From an archaeon (lineage in GTDB: Archaea; Undinarchaeota; Undinarchaeia; Undinarchaeales; JBDRKL01): 64,000 bases of DNA. A program made the position numbers and the translations under genes. Location: assembly GCA_043814055.1 (NCBI GenBank), contig JBDRKL010000007.1:1-64000 (forward strand), given 5' to 3'. The number at the start of each line of letters is the position of its first letter. Positions within the stretch are counted from its first letter, which is position 1. Below, piece by piece: positions 48,556 through 56,566 of this stretch. Under the pieces are notes generated by a model. It was given only the letters and a program-made list of their open reading frames with translations. It made no database searches and was not told the DNA's origin.

Positions 48556-49206
48556 ATGGTAAGAATTGACCTCGCCTGGAAGATACTGCACAAGCCGCGC
48601 GAGGCATTTGAGGAACTAAAGGACAGTGTTGACTGGAAAGAAGGACTGACTGTCTATGGAATATACTCGCTTATCGGGTTGATTTTTTGCGGGGCAATGA
48701 TTAAGATGACTGGGCTCCAAATAATTCCAATTGACTTTGGGTTTGGGGGTTTTGTAAATGCAAGGTCGCTTGTATTTTCATTTGCCTATGGGATCGCGTT
48801 CCTTGGGGTATTCGCCGCAATGTCAAACTTCTTTGCCAGGAGACTGGGCGGCAACGGAAGCTTTAATGAAGTGCTTGGAATGTTCGGCTATGCGCAGGCG
48901 ATTGCGATAGTTCAGGGGTTAACCGGAGCTGTGATGCTTCTTGCCTTTAAGTTTAAGATGTTGGCTGACATCGGAGCAGCGATTGAGACTGGAGTAGTAG
49001 GGGTGAGTGATTACAGCTGGTTCCTCATAGGCGGGCTGATACTGGCAAACATATTTTATATTTGGGTTGGCGTGTTGCGCGGAGTTTCACTTTCAGTATC
49101 GCACGAGATTTCATTAATTCGCGGAATTGCTGCATCTTTCCTGCCGCTTTTGATTGTTGAGGTGGTGCTGTTTCTCGTGCTCCGAGCCATGGGAGTTGTC
49201 TCATGA
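48556..49206 (+). CDS. Yip1-domain membrane protein, copy 2
   Basis: ILHKPREAFEEL, LGGNGSF..VLGMFGYA, SHEISLIRG. Confidence 0.85.
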   Translation: MVRIDLAWKILHKPREAFEELKDSVDWKEGLTVYGIYSLIGLIFCGAMIKMTGLQIIPIDFGFGGFVNARSLVFSFAYGIAFLGVFAAMSNFFARRLGGNGSFNEVLGMFGYAQAIAIVQGLTGAVMLLAFKFKMLADIGAAIETGVVGVSDYSWFLIGGLILANIFYIWVGVLRGVSLSVSHEISLIRGIAASFLPLLIVEVVLFLVLRAMGVVS

Positions 49207-50339
49207 ACCGGAACCTGAGGAATAAGAGAGGTGGACCGAGTTCTTTCGTGCTCATAGTGATAACCATTTTAATCATACTTATTTCCGGAGCCGCAATAGG
49301 CAGTTTCAGCGCGAGCGCATCTTCAATAATCCCAGGAAAGGTGAGTGTGCAGAAGTGCAGATGGACTCTTGACATAAAGCACAAGTGGGATAATATGGTT
49401 GACGGGGGAGCGAAGGATATAGCAGATATAGGTAGAGATGTTGACAGCCATACTTGGCTCCCAGGTGAGAATGTGCAAAGAGTTGGCAATACGTTCAGTG
49501 GTAATGGCTGGAATAGTAATTTGGAGTTAGGAGCCAATGATATGGAAGAGGGGGGTCTGGATTCACTAAAGCTTAGCGTGGATATGTGCGTGGCGAACAC
49601 AAAGGTTAGTTGTATAGGTCCTGCGGATTATGTCGCTGACTGTCTGTACTCGTTGAGCACTGACACTTACTACGGGCTTGGCGGGGGAAAGGAAGAGGCA
49701 AAGACCAAGAATTACATTGACGATACCACGTGGGAAAATTTTGTCCTTTTCAACATATCGGTCAACATAACAAGACCAGGGAACATAAAACTGTATGGGG
49801 GCTGTGACAATTACACAACCCAAAGCGATGTAACCACGAGTACTTTCACGTTCCAGCAAATGACTGACGGAAACTGCAACGTCACCATACGGAATCTGGA
49901 CGAGGCACTTATTACGCTTGTTATGATATCAAAATGCCAGGATTATGGACCAGGGGATACTGAGAACTGCAAGTGCTTCCCGTGGGCTCATATTGGAAAC
50001 CAGCTTGGAAACGGGCTTCACAATAACAATGTGAGCGATGATGCGAGCTGGTCACCCAATTCAGGAACATACTTGAGAGAGGATGTCTTCACTAGCGCGC
50101 CATATCCAAGTGACTTCTCAAACTGGACATCTGCACCGCATCCGGACTATGCAGGGTGTGGCGGGAAATTCCCAGGAGACGATGATATTCAGAATTATAT
50201 ATCAGACCCGAGGGACGGGCTCTCTGTTGGGGTTGACCACGACCCGATATTAATAACCTCAGAATTTAGGATTGGAGAACAGGAGAATGCTTTTACCCGG
50301 CTTGAGCTCACACGGGATCGCGTGTATATGTATGGATAA
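49203..50339 (+). CDS. Large Cys-rich pilin-like/adhesin, copy 2
   Basis: MNRNLRNKRG/GPSSFVLIVITILIIL; shares TYYGLGGG, LITLVMIS.CQ.YGP.D..NCKCFP, NGLHNN, GCGG.FPGD with 47297. Confidence 0.8.
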   Translation: MNRNLRNKRGGPSSFVLIVITILIILISGAAIGSFSASASSIIPGKVSVQKCRWTLDIKHKWDNMVDGGAKDIADIGRDVDSHTWLPGENVQRVGNTFSGNGWNSNLELGANDMEEGGLDSLKLSVDMCVANTKVSCIGPADYVADCLYSLSTDTYYGLGGGKEEAKTKNYIDDTTWENFVLFNISVNITRPGNIKLYGGCDNYTTQSDVTTSTFTFQQMTDGNCNVTIRNLDEALITLVMISKCQDYGPGDTENCKCFPWAHIGNQLGNGLHNNNVSDDASWSPNSGTYLREDVFTSAPYPSDFSNWTSAPHPDYAGCGGKFPGDDDIQNYISDPRDGLSVGVDHDPILITSEFRIGEQENAFTRLELTRDRVYMYG

Positions 50340-50475
50340 ATCAACAAACAAAAAAGCGGAACTCAGCATGACCTTCGGGACACTGATAGGGATAGTGATG
50401 GTTCTTGTGATTTTCGTAGTAGTAATGCTATTTTACAATCTTCTTGAAAAAATCGTGACAGGGATAACAGGATGA
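50332..50475 (+). CDS. Micro-pilin (class III signal peptide)
   Basis: MDKSTNKKA/ELSMTFGTLIGIVMVLVIFVVVML. Confidence 0.7.
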   Translation: MDKSTNKKAELSMTFGTLIGIVMVLVIFVVVMLFYNLLEKIVTGITG

Positions 50476-50621
50476 AAATGAACAAGAAAGGCCAGATAAG
50501 CGCGAGCATGTTTATGATGATAGTTATGGCCATAGTTGGCATGCTGCTCATAGTGCTTGCCTATCAGCTTACTGCAAAGGGGAGCGCGCTTGGGCTGGAA
50601 GCAATACGCATATTTGGCTGA
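50472..50621 (+). CDS. 49-aa micro-pilin (class III signal peptide)
   Basis: Hand translation MKMNKKG/QISASMFMMIVMAIVGMLLIVLAYQLTAKGSALGLEAIRIFG; not in the ORF track. Confidence 0.75.
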   Translation: MKMNKKGQISASMFMMIVMAIVGMLLIVLAYQLTAKGSALGLEAIRIFG

Positions 50622-50638
50622 GCTGATATGGGTTAACA

Positions 50639-50646
50639 TTTAAATA
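50639..50646 (+). promoter_or_regulatory. Candidate TATA box for the pilin 50676 sub-operon
   Basis: TTTAAATA about 30 nt upstream of ATG 50676; a similar box lies at 48528-48535 upstream of 48556. Confidence 0.45.
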
Positions 50647-50675
50647 CTAGACGCCTAAATTAGAGCGGTGATTAT

Positions 50676-51062
50676 ATGACTGGAAATAAAGGGCAAGGAC
50701 TATCAATAAACATGCTGGTGGTCATAGCTCTCGCAGTTTTTGTTATTTTTCTCGTGTTCGGTTTCCTGACCGGAGGCTGGTCTTACTTTGCCGGCGCGTT
50801 CGGCGGGCTGACACAGCAGGGCGAGATGGACATTGCGAGGAGCAAGTGCCAAACCGACTGCACTCTATACATAACGCAGGGCAGGCCGCTTATTGACGAA
50901 AACGATGCGGACGACTACTGGAACAAGAAGCTTCTGCAAACAAGGAACGATGTTGACACGAACGGTGACGGCATAGTTGATCAATCTGACAAGAGTTACT
51001 CTTGCAGAACAGGTTTGAACCCAATGATGAGTGCAAGCGAGTGCGCTATCCGTACTAGTTAA
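50676..51062 (+). CDS. Type IV pilin, candidate major pilin
   Basis: MTGNKG/QGLSINMLVVIALAVFVIFLVFGFLTGGW; CQTDC; DVDTNGDGIVD loop. Confidence 0.85.
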   Translation: MTGNKGQGLSINMLVVIALAVFVIFLVFGFLTGGWSYFAGAFGGLTQQGEMDIARSKCQTDCTLYITQGRPLIDENDADDYWNKKLLQTRNDVDTNGDGIVDQSDKSYSCRTGLNPMMSASECAIRTS

Positions 51063-51068
51063 AGCAAG

Positions 51069-51287
51069 ATGAAACTTTTTGACAACAGAAAGGGCATATC
51101 TATTGGGATAAATATGATAGTAGTGTTAGCAGTCGCCCTTGTTGTCTTGATTGTCATTACTGGCTGGTTCCTTGGAGGATTCGGTGAAATAGGCGGTGCG
51201 ATACAGAACGTGTTCGGCGGAGCATCGGAACAGGCGAACGGCACTCACGTTGGCGAGCTTATTAACAATACAGGATGGGGTGGATAA
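51069..51287 (+). CDS. Short type IV pilin
   Basis: RKG/ISIGINMIVVLAVALVVLIVITGWFLGGF. Confidence 0.85.
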   Translation: MKLFDNRKGISIGINMIVVLAVALVVLIVITGWFLGGFGEIGGAIQNVFGGASEQANGTHVGELINNTGWGG

Positions 51288-51754
51288 TGAATAAGAAAGG
51301 AATGGAGCTTGGAATAAATTTGATTGTCATATTTGCAATATCGCTTGTAGTGCTGATAGTTATGATTGGCTGGTTCCTCGGAGGAGTTTCAGGAATTGGA
51401 GGCGCACTGAGGGGCGTTTCAGGAGACGCTGAGGATAAGGCAGATACCACTAATTTTAGCCAAGGGATAGAAGATGCAATTGGAGGGATTGGTGCGATTG
51501 GTGGGAGTGGAGGTTCAAGCGGGAGCGAGCAGGTTTATGTTTGCTGCAAGTATACAGTAGGTGGCGGATATGATGTATACAACGCCTGTGGAACAGGCTA
51601 CACGAGAGCCTCGTGGTCCACCAGCGTTGGAGGACACTGCTCATATCGCTGCTCAGATGCAACAGACAGCCAAGTATGCTGCCAGAACTATTGCAAAAGC
51701 ATGGGCGATGATTATGTAAGCTACAACTCGAATGAATGTACGTGCAGGAGTTAA
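51287..51754 (+). CDS. Type IV pilin with C-terminal defensin-like Cys module
   Basis: MNKKG/MELGINLIVIFAISLVVLIVMIGWFLGG; Gly/Ser linker; VYVCC...VCCQNYCKSMG...ECTCRS. Confidence 0.85.
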   Translation: MNKKGMELGINLIVIFAISLVVLIVMIGWFLGGVSGIGGALRGVSGDAEDKADTTNFSQGIEDAIGGIGAIGGSGGSSGSEQVYVCCKYTVGGGYDVYNACGTGYTRASWSTSVGGHCSYRCSDATDSQVCCQNYCKSMGDDYVSYNSNECTCRS

Positions 51755-51755
51755 C

Positions 51756-52214
51756 ATGAAAATGAAAATCAAAAATAAGCGCGGAGCAGAACTTGCGATT
51801 GGAACAATCGTTACAATAATAATAGTGCTCATAGTCCTCATAGTCATAGCGACCTGGTTCCTTGGCGGGTTTGACCAGATAGGGAGCAGCATATCCAACA
51901 TTGGGAACAGCACAGCCGGGGAGTCAACAGGGGTTATTGATGCTCTGAGGAGATCTACCAGCTCAGGGCAGGTCTACCTTTGCTGTAAGAAAGTAGTTGG
52001 CAATACCGCTTCATACACAACTAAAAAGAATGAGTGCCCACCTGATTTTCCAACTGTAGCGAACGACTTTTATATGTCGAGTGGTTACCTGACCTGTGGG
52101 TACTTATGCACCAACGCAAACGATGCCGAGAGCTGCTGCAGGGACTATTGCTCCACCCCCATCAAGGGTGGGTATGTAAGGGTAAGCGGCGGCAAGTGCT
52201 ACTGCAGGAGCTAA
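51756..52214 (+). CDS. Type IV pilin with C-terminal defensin-like Cys module
   Basis: KNKRG/AELAIGTIVTIIIVLIVLIVIATWFLGGF; VYLCC...SCCRDYCSTPIKGGYVRVSGGKCYCRS. Confidence 0.85.
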   Translation: MKMKIKNKRGAELAIGTIVTIIIVLIVLIVIATWFLGGFDQIGSSISNIGNSTAGESTGVIDALRRSTSSGQVYLCCKKVVGNTASYTTKKNECPPDFPTVANDFYMSSGYLTCGYLCTNANDAESCCRDYCSTPIKGGYVRVSGGKCYCRS

Positions 52215-52215
52215 A

Positions 52216-52407
52216 ATGAAAATTAATAACACCCGTGGTGCGGAAATGGCATTCAGCACAATCATAGTAGTCATACTGCTCCTGATAGTTTTTACAGTGA
52301 TTGCGATGTTCTTCCTGGGGCAGACTGACCTGATATTTCCAGCGCTTGAAAACATCTCAGAGAGCGCGACCAATCAATTGCTGGCAGCTGTCACGCCTCC
52401 AGCATAA
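52216..52407 (+). CDS. Short type IV pilin
   Basis: NTRG/AEMAFSTIIVVILLLIVFTVIAMFFLG. Confidence 0.8.
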   Translation: MKINNTRGAEMAFSTIIVVILLLIVFTVIAMFFLGQTDLIFPALENISESATNQLLAAVTPPA

Positions 52408-52440
52408 AGCTAATAAAGCGCGGTAGCTTTCTCCTATATT

Positions 52441-52875
52441 GTGAAAAGTGCAAGGTCGCGAAAGGGTGTAGGGATTACTATGGATTTCATAATCACGCTA
52501 GTCATAATCGTGGTTATGTTTTTTACCCTGCCTGAGGCCGCCGGGCAGTTAATGACTTCTTCTATTTTGGCCGAGTCTCACGCAAGAAACCTTGGGAATG
52601 CATTTGACGTAATAGCGCTGTCCCCTGGAAATGTTACAATAGAAAAATCCTGCCCGAAGGACGTGATTTTCGTTATAGATCATAACCAGATACTGGTACT
52701 GCTTGACGGAATGTCTGGCACGTATACTGCTGATTATTATTACATGATACCAACTGACGCGCGCTTCCCAACAGACCGAGTTGTCATAGACTGCAACATC
52801 AACACGATTGTTGAGCTTAGGAAATATGAGGAGGGGGGATACACGCAAATAGAGTATGAGGGGACGGACGGATGA
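52441..52875 (+). CDS. Minor pilin-like protein
   Basis: RSRKG/VGITMDFIITLVIIVVMFF; ARNLGNAFDVIALSPGNVTI. Confidence 0.75.
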   Translation: MKSARSRKGVGITMDFIITLVIIVVMFFTLPEAAGQLMTSSILAESHARNLGNAFDVIALSPGNVTIEKSCPKDVIFVIDHNQILVLLDGMSGTYTADYYYMIPTDARFPTDRVVIDCNINTIVELRKYEEGGYTQIEYEGTDG

Positions 52876-53753
52876 AGGGAAAAGCACTCAGAAACCAGAA
52901 AGGAGACGTGGTTGCTTCAAAACCATTCAGCCTTATTTTGTTCGCAATACTGATTGTTTTTGTCGTGAGCACCCTGACGCTGATGCAGCTCACGGCCAAC
53001 AGCACTGCAACCTCAATCATGTTCCACGACGCGAATAGCTCGGTCAATATGATAACCGAAGCCCTCATAACTTACCCTGAATGCTTCGGCAGCGGGGAAA
53101 AAGGAATTCTGGACAAGAGCAAGGTGGAGGACATTGAGAACAGGAGAAATTGCGTGCACAAGGGGCCGTACACCTGGGAGATTGACATTTTTGCTGAGAA
53201 TGAATATGGAGGGGAAATAAACCAGCACGCGGACAGCGACTGCGGCATACTCAGTACTGCAACCCAACACGGGTCGTCAATAGATTATGATGTTAGTAAA
53301 TACGTGACTCCATACCTGGTGGAGCCGATTACGATAAGGGGCGAAGGCAGCGATTATGTTGGATGGATGTATTTTTACTTAGGAAGCATGGAATTTGCAA
53401 TGGTGCTGGACAAGAAAGATAGGGATAATTATGAGCTTACTGTTGTAAATGTTGGCAATTGCCACCAGCAAGATGTCACCTATGACGTGAGGATTAGCAT
53501 AGCGAACGTGAGCAATGGTGAGATACCAGTAGATTTCATTGACACCTATGGCATAGAATTTGAGGGTGACACCGACGGCGACCACATCGTGAAGCAGGTC
53601 TTTTCCCTTGGCATTGATGAAAACAAGAAAATGGCTCTGAAGATAAACAATCCTGATAACGTGAAATTGCCAAGCGATTACATGATACGCGTGGTTGGGC
53701 AGATAGACGGGCATCCTGCTTACTCAAAGACAATGTGGAGGCGGGTGACGTGA
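52872..53753 (+). CDS. Minor pilin-like protein
   Basis: RNQKG/DVVASKPFSLILFAILIVFVV; LITYPECF...GILDKSK. Confidence 0.75.
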   Translation: MKGKALRNQKGDVVASKPFSLILFAILIVFVVSTLTLMQLTANSTATSIMFHDANSSVNMITEALITYPECFGSGEKGILDKSKVEDIENRRNCVHKGPYTWEIDIFAENEYGGEINQHADSDCGILSTATQHGSSIDYDVSKYVTPYLVEPITIRGEGSDYVGWMYFYLGSMEFAMVLDKKDRDNYELTVVNVGNCHQQDVTYDVRISIANVSNGEIPVDFIDTYGIEFEGDTDGDHIVKQVFSLGIDENKKMALKINNPDNVKLPSDYMIRVVGQIDGHPAYSKTMWRRVT

Positions 53754-54217
53754 GAATTTCAAAAAACCGCAGAGGCGTTAGCGAACTGCCATTCGCTGCT
53801 TTTGCCCTGATACTTGTAATCATGGGGCTTGGGTGCCTGATGTTCTTTTTCAGCATAGTGCTCCCACTGGTTGTCGGAGGCGGGGTTGAAAGTACGTACG
53901 TGGCGCAGGAAGACGCGGCAATCGCATCCCGGCAGGTGCTGAGCATTCTGAGAACGCAGGACTCAGACGGTGTGACCTATTCAAAAAGGATAGAGTCCGC
54001 AGTTGAGGGGGAGAATGTTGACGAGACCAAGGAACTAATACGGTCTTACTTGAGAACCAGTGGCACTTGCTACAACCGGTTTTACGCGCAGCACAATGGG
54101 GCAGACCATCTTCTCATAGAGAATAACCAAGTGACAGATTACATAATGAAATATGAACTGCCGGCAAAGGACGGGAACAAGATAACCGTTGTCCTGGAGG
54201 TGTGCGAATGGCGCTGA
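53750..54217 (+). CDS. Minor pilin-like protein
   Basis: GTG start at 53750: KNRRG/VSELPFAAFALILVIMGLG. Confidence 0.75.
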   Translation: MRISKNRRGVSELPFAAFALILVIMGLGCLMFFFSIVLPLVVGGGVESTYVAQEDAAIASRQVLSILRTQDSDGVTYSKRIESAVEGENVDETKELIRSYLRTSGTCYNRFYAQHNGADHLLIENNQVTDYIMKYELPAKDGNKITVVLEVCEWR

Positions 54218-55485
54218 AAGGGAACAGAAAAGGACAGATGATTAAGATAGTCTTTGCAGGCGCAATTGTGTTCCTGCTCGGCGGGGCGATAGCGACTTAT
54301 GTAGTTGGAATGGGCGGAGCAGCAGCAGCCCGGACAGGGTACAGGCAAATTGTTTTTGATAATATTTATGAAATGGAAGGCATGACAATATTTTACGACG
54401 ATATGCTGGACCAGCAGGTGGAACTGGAGCTTGAGGGGCTTGGATACGACCTCACGAATTTCTGCCCCTACGACTTGTTTTCGTACAGCGACTCTGGGTG
54501 GGTGATAGATCCAGACGCGGAGAGCGCGCTGACAGGAATCACGTCACAATACCACAACTATGGCAGAAATGTGCTCCCTAATCCGAAGACTGTTGAAATA
54601 GAGTTTGAGGCAGAGCCAGAGAGCAGTCTGGCGCGTGAAGACTGGCAGCTTGACGGGCTTTACTCAACCTTGAAATTGGAAATAATTCCGGAAGAGCCGC
54701 TGAAGACAAATTCATCAGGCATCAAGATAGTTTCAACACACGGACCGTACAATACTGAGATAGTTCAAACCGCGCTGCCCCATCCAAATTTGGTTGTTGA
54801 GTCTTCTGATGCAACCGCGCCTGATGGATTTTATGCTGGGAAAAAAATAATAGTTAATGGTTTCGTGAACAACAACGGGTGCGCTGCGGCAAAATTCTGG
54901 ACAATATTCCAGGGGGACTTTGAGTTCTGCCCAATTGCCCTGCAACTGGTTGCCATAGACGACACAGGGGCTGAAACAATTGTTGACAGCATAAATGCCA
55001 ATGACTGGGGAAATCCAATTTCAGGCTCGCAGCATTGTATGATAATACATCCAAAGGAACAAGTTGGCTTTTCAATGGAATGGACCCCTGCGAATGCCGG
55101 TACATACACGCTCAGGGTTGATGTTGACCCAATCACCCCCCACAACATAATTTATGAGGCAGATCTCACTGATAACCAGATGGAGCTTGACCCTGTAACC
55201 ATAATGGACACTACAAATATTGAGGAGTATAAGTGCGGATATTATCACGTGAGTGATACAGTAGTTGAAACAACTGCGCGCTGCTCGGTTTCAACAGATG
55301 GGAACAAGGGCTGGGGCTGGATAAAACTACCCCGCATTTATGCTGACCCGTGGAACGATTGCCTGGGCGCTGAACTAGACAGTGATGTTCTTTGCCTAAG
55401 TGGAATTTGGATCTGCGGCTCAACGCAGATAACGACTTGTAACGAGACCGCAACGGTAACAGAGTGCAGTTGTGACAATACTTAA
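54208..55485 (+). CDS. Pilin-like protein with CARDB (Ig-like) domain and Cys-rich tail
   Basis: NRKG/QMIKIVFAGAIVFLLGG; PNLVV...VNNNG..AA...EWTP..AGTYTLRVDVDP..NIIYE..TDN. Confidence 0.8.
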   Translation: MALKGNRKGQMIKIVFAGAIVFLLGGAIATYVVGMGGAAAARTGYRQIVFDNIYEMEGMTIFYDDMLDQQVELELEGLGYDLTNFCPYDLFSYSDSGWVIDPDAESALTGITSQYHNYGRNVLPNPKTVEIEFEAEPESSLAREDWQLDGLYSTLKLEIIPEEPLKTNSSGIKIVSTHGPYNTEIVQTALPHPNLVVESSDATAPDGFYAGKKIIVNGFVNNNGCAAAKFWTIFQGDFEFCPIALQLVAIDDTGAETIVDSINANDWGNPISGSQHCMIIHPKEQVGFSMEWTPANAGTYTLRVDVDPITPHNIIYEADLTDNQMELDPVTIMDTTNIEEYKCGYYHVSDTVVETTARCSVSTDGNKGWGWIKLPRIYADPWNDCLGAELDSDVLCLSGIWICGSTQITTCNETATVTECSCDNT

Positions 55486-55525
55486 CGCAAACTATTTAAG
55501 ATTGGCATAATTAGCAGACTGTGAG

Positions 55526-55816
55526 GTGGCAACAATGACTAATACAGATTCAGAGAATACAGTGTTTGTCGGCAGCAAGCCAGTGATGAATTATGTGCTT
55601 GCGGTTGTAACGCAGTTCAACAAAGGCCAGCCCAACGTTAACGTTGAAGCCAGGGGAAAGGCCATAAGCAGGGCGGTTGACGTGGCGGAGATTGTAAGGA
55701 ATCGATTTTTGTCCGAGCTGAAGATAGGGGGGATAGGCATAGGAACTGAGGAACTTACGAGCAAGGAAAATGAGCAGGTCAACGTGTCCACGATAAAGAT
55801 AACCCTTGAGAAGTAG
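55526..55816 (+). CDS. albA: Chromatin protein Alba
   Basis: [43 protein letters not shown]. Confidence 0.97.
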   Translation: MATMTNTDSENTVFVGSKPVMNYVLAVVTQFNKGQPNVNVEARGKAISRAVDVAEIVRNRFLSELKIGGIGIGTEELTSKENEQVNVSTIKITLEK

Positions 55817-55860
55817 ACAGCGGCATTAAGGTTATAAGTGAGCTTATTCTAATCCTAATT

Positions 55861-56379
55861 ATGATTCTGTCCAACGAGGACATCAAAAAGCACCTGGCCA
55901 AGGGCACGATAAAGATAGACCCGGCGCCATCGGATGACCAGATTGGCTCGGCTTCTGTTGATTTCACGCTGAGCAACGAGTTCTACAAGGTCAGAAAAGA
56001 GTATATTGGCAAAAAAGTTGAGATGGGCAAACTAAGCTATGAGGATGTTACTGAGAAAGTTATCGCTGACGAGATAACCATAAAGCACCACGACCTGATT
56101 CTAGGAAAAACTGTTGAAAAAATTACATTGCCAGCTGACATTGCTGGAAGGATTGAGGGGCGGAGCAGCGTGGCGCGGCTCGGGATTGCCATACACGTGG
56201 CATCAGGCTTCATACAGCCTGGCTCTGACAATCATCAAGTGCTAGAAATTGTTAACTTGTCACCGTATGCGGTCAAGATAAAGGCAGGGACAAAGATTTG
56301 CCAGATAATATTTGAAACGCTCAAGAGCAAGAGCAGCAAGCCATACGCGAAATTCGGCAGGGTGGCGGTGAATCAATGA
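55861..56379 (+). CDS. dcd: dCTP deaminase
   Basis: MILSNEDI, QIGSASVD, EGRSSVARLGI..H, GFIQPG, LEI.N, ICQI. Confidence 0.92.
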   Translation: MILSNEDIKKHLAKGTIKIDPAPSDDQIGSASVDFTLSNEFYKVRKEYIGKKVEMGKLSYEDVTEKVIADEITIKHHDLILGKTVEKITLPADIAGRIEGRSSVARLGIAIHVASGFIQPGSDNHQVLEIVNLSPYAVKIKAGTKICQIIFETLKSKSSKPYAKFGRVAVNQ

Positions 56380-56566
56380 AATGTGAATCAACGCTATGCA
56401 CAGATTTTAGAAAGCCATTCACTCTAGATGGCGATGATTTACATACAGAGGTTCTGACCCGAAACAACCGCTTAAAAGCGGCGGAATCTCTGGGATTTGA
56501 AAGTTTAGCAAAAAGAACCAGCTTTCAAATGTATTTGTTTGCTGACGGAGAGGGAGAAGCAAATAA

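Noticed and set aside
55220-55485. Eighth copy of the defensin-like module at the end of the 54208 protein
   Set aside because: Ends in CSC but lacks the CC-x3-C helix motif, so it was not counted.
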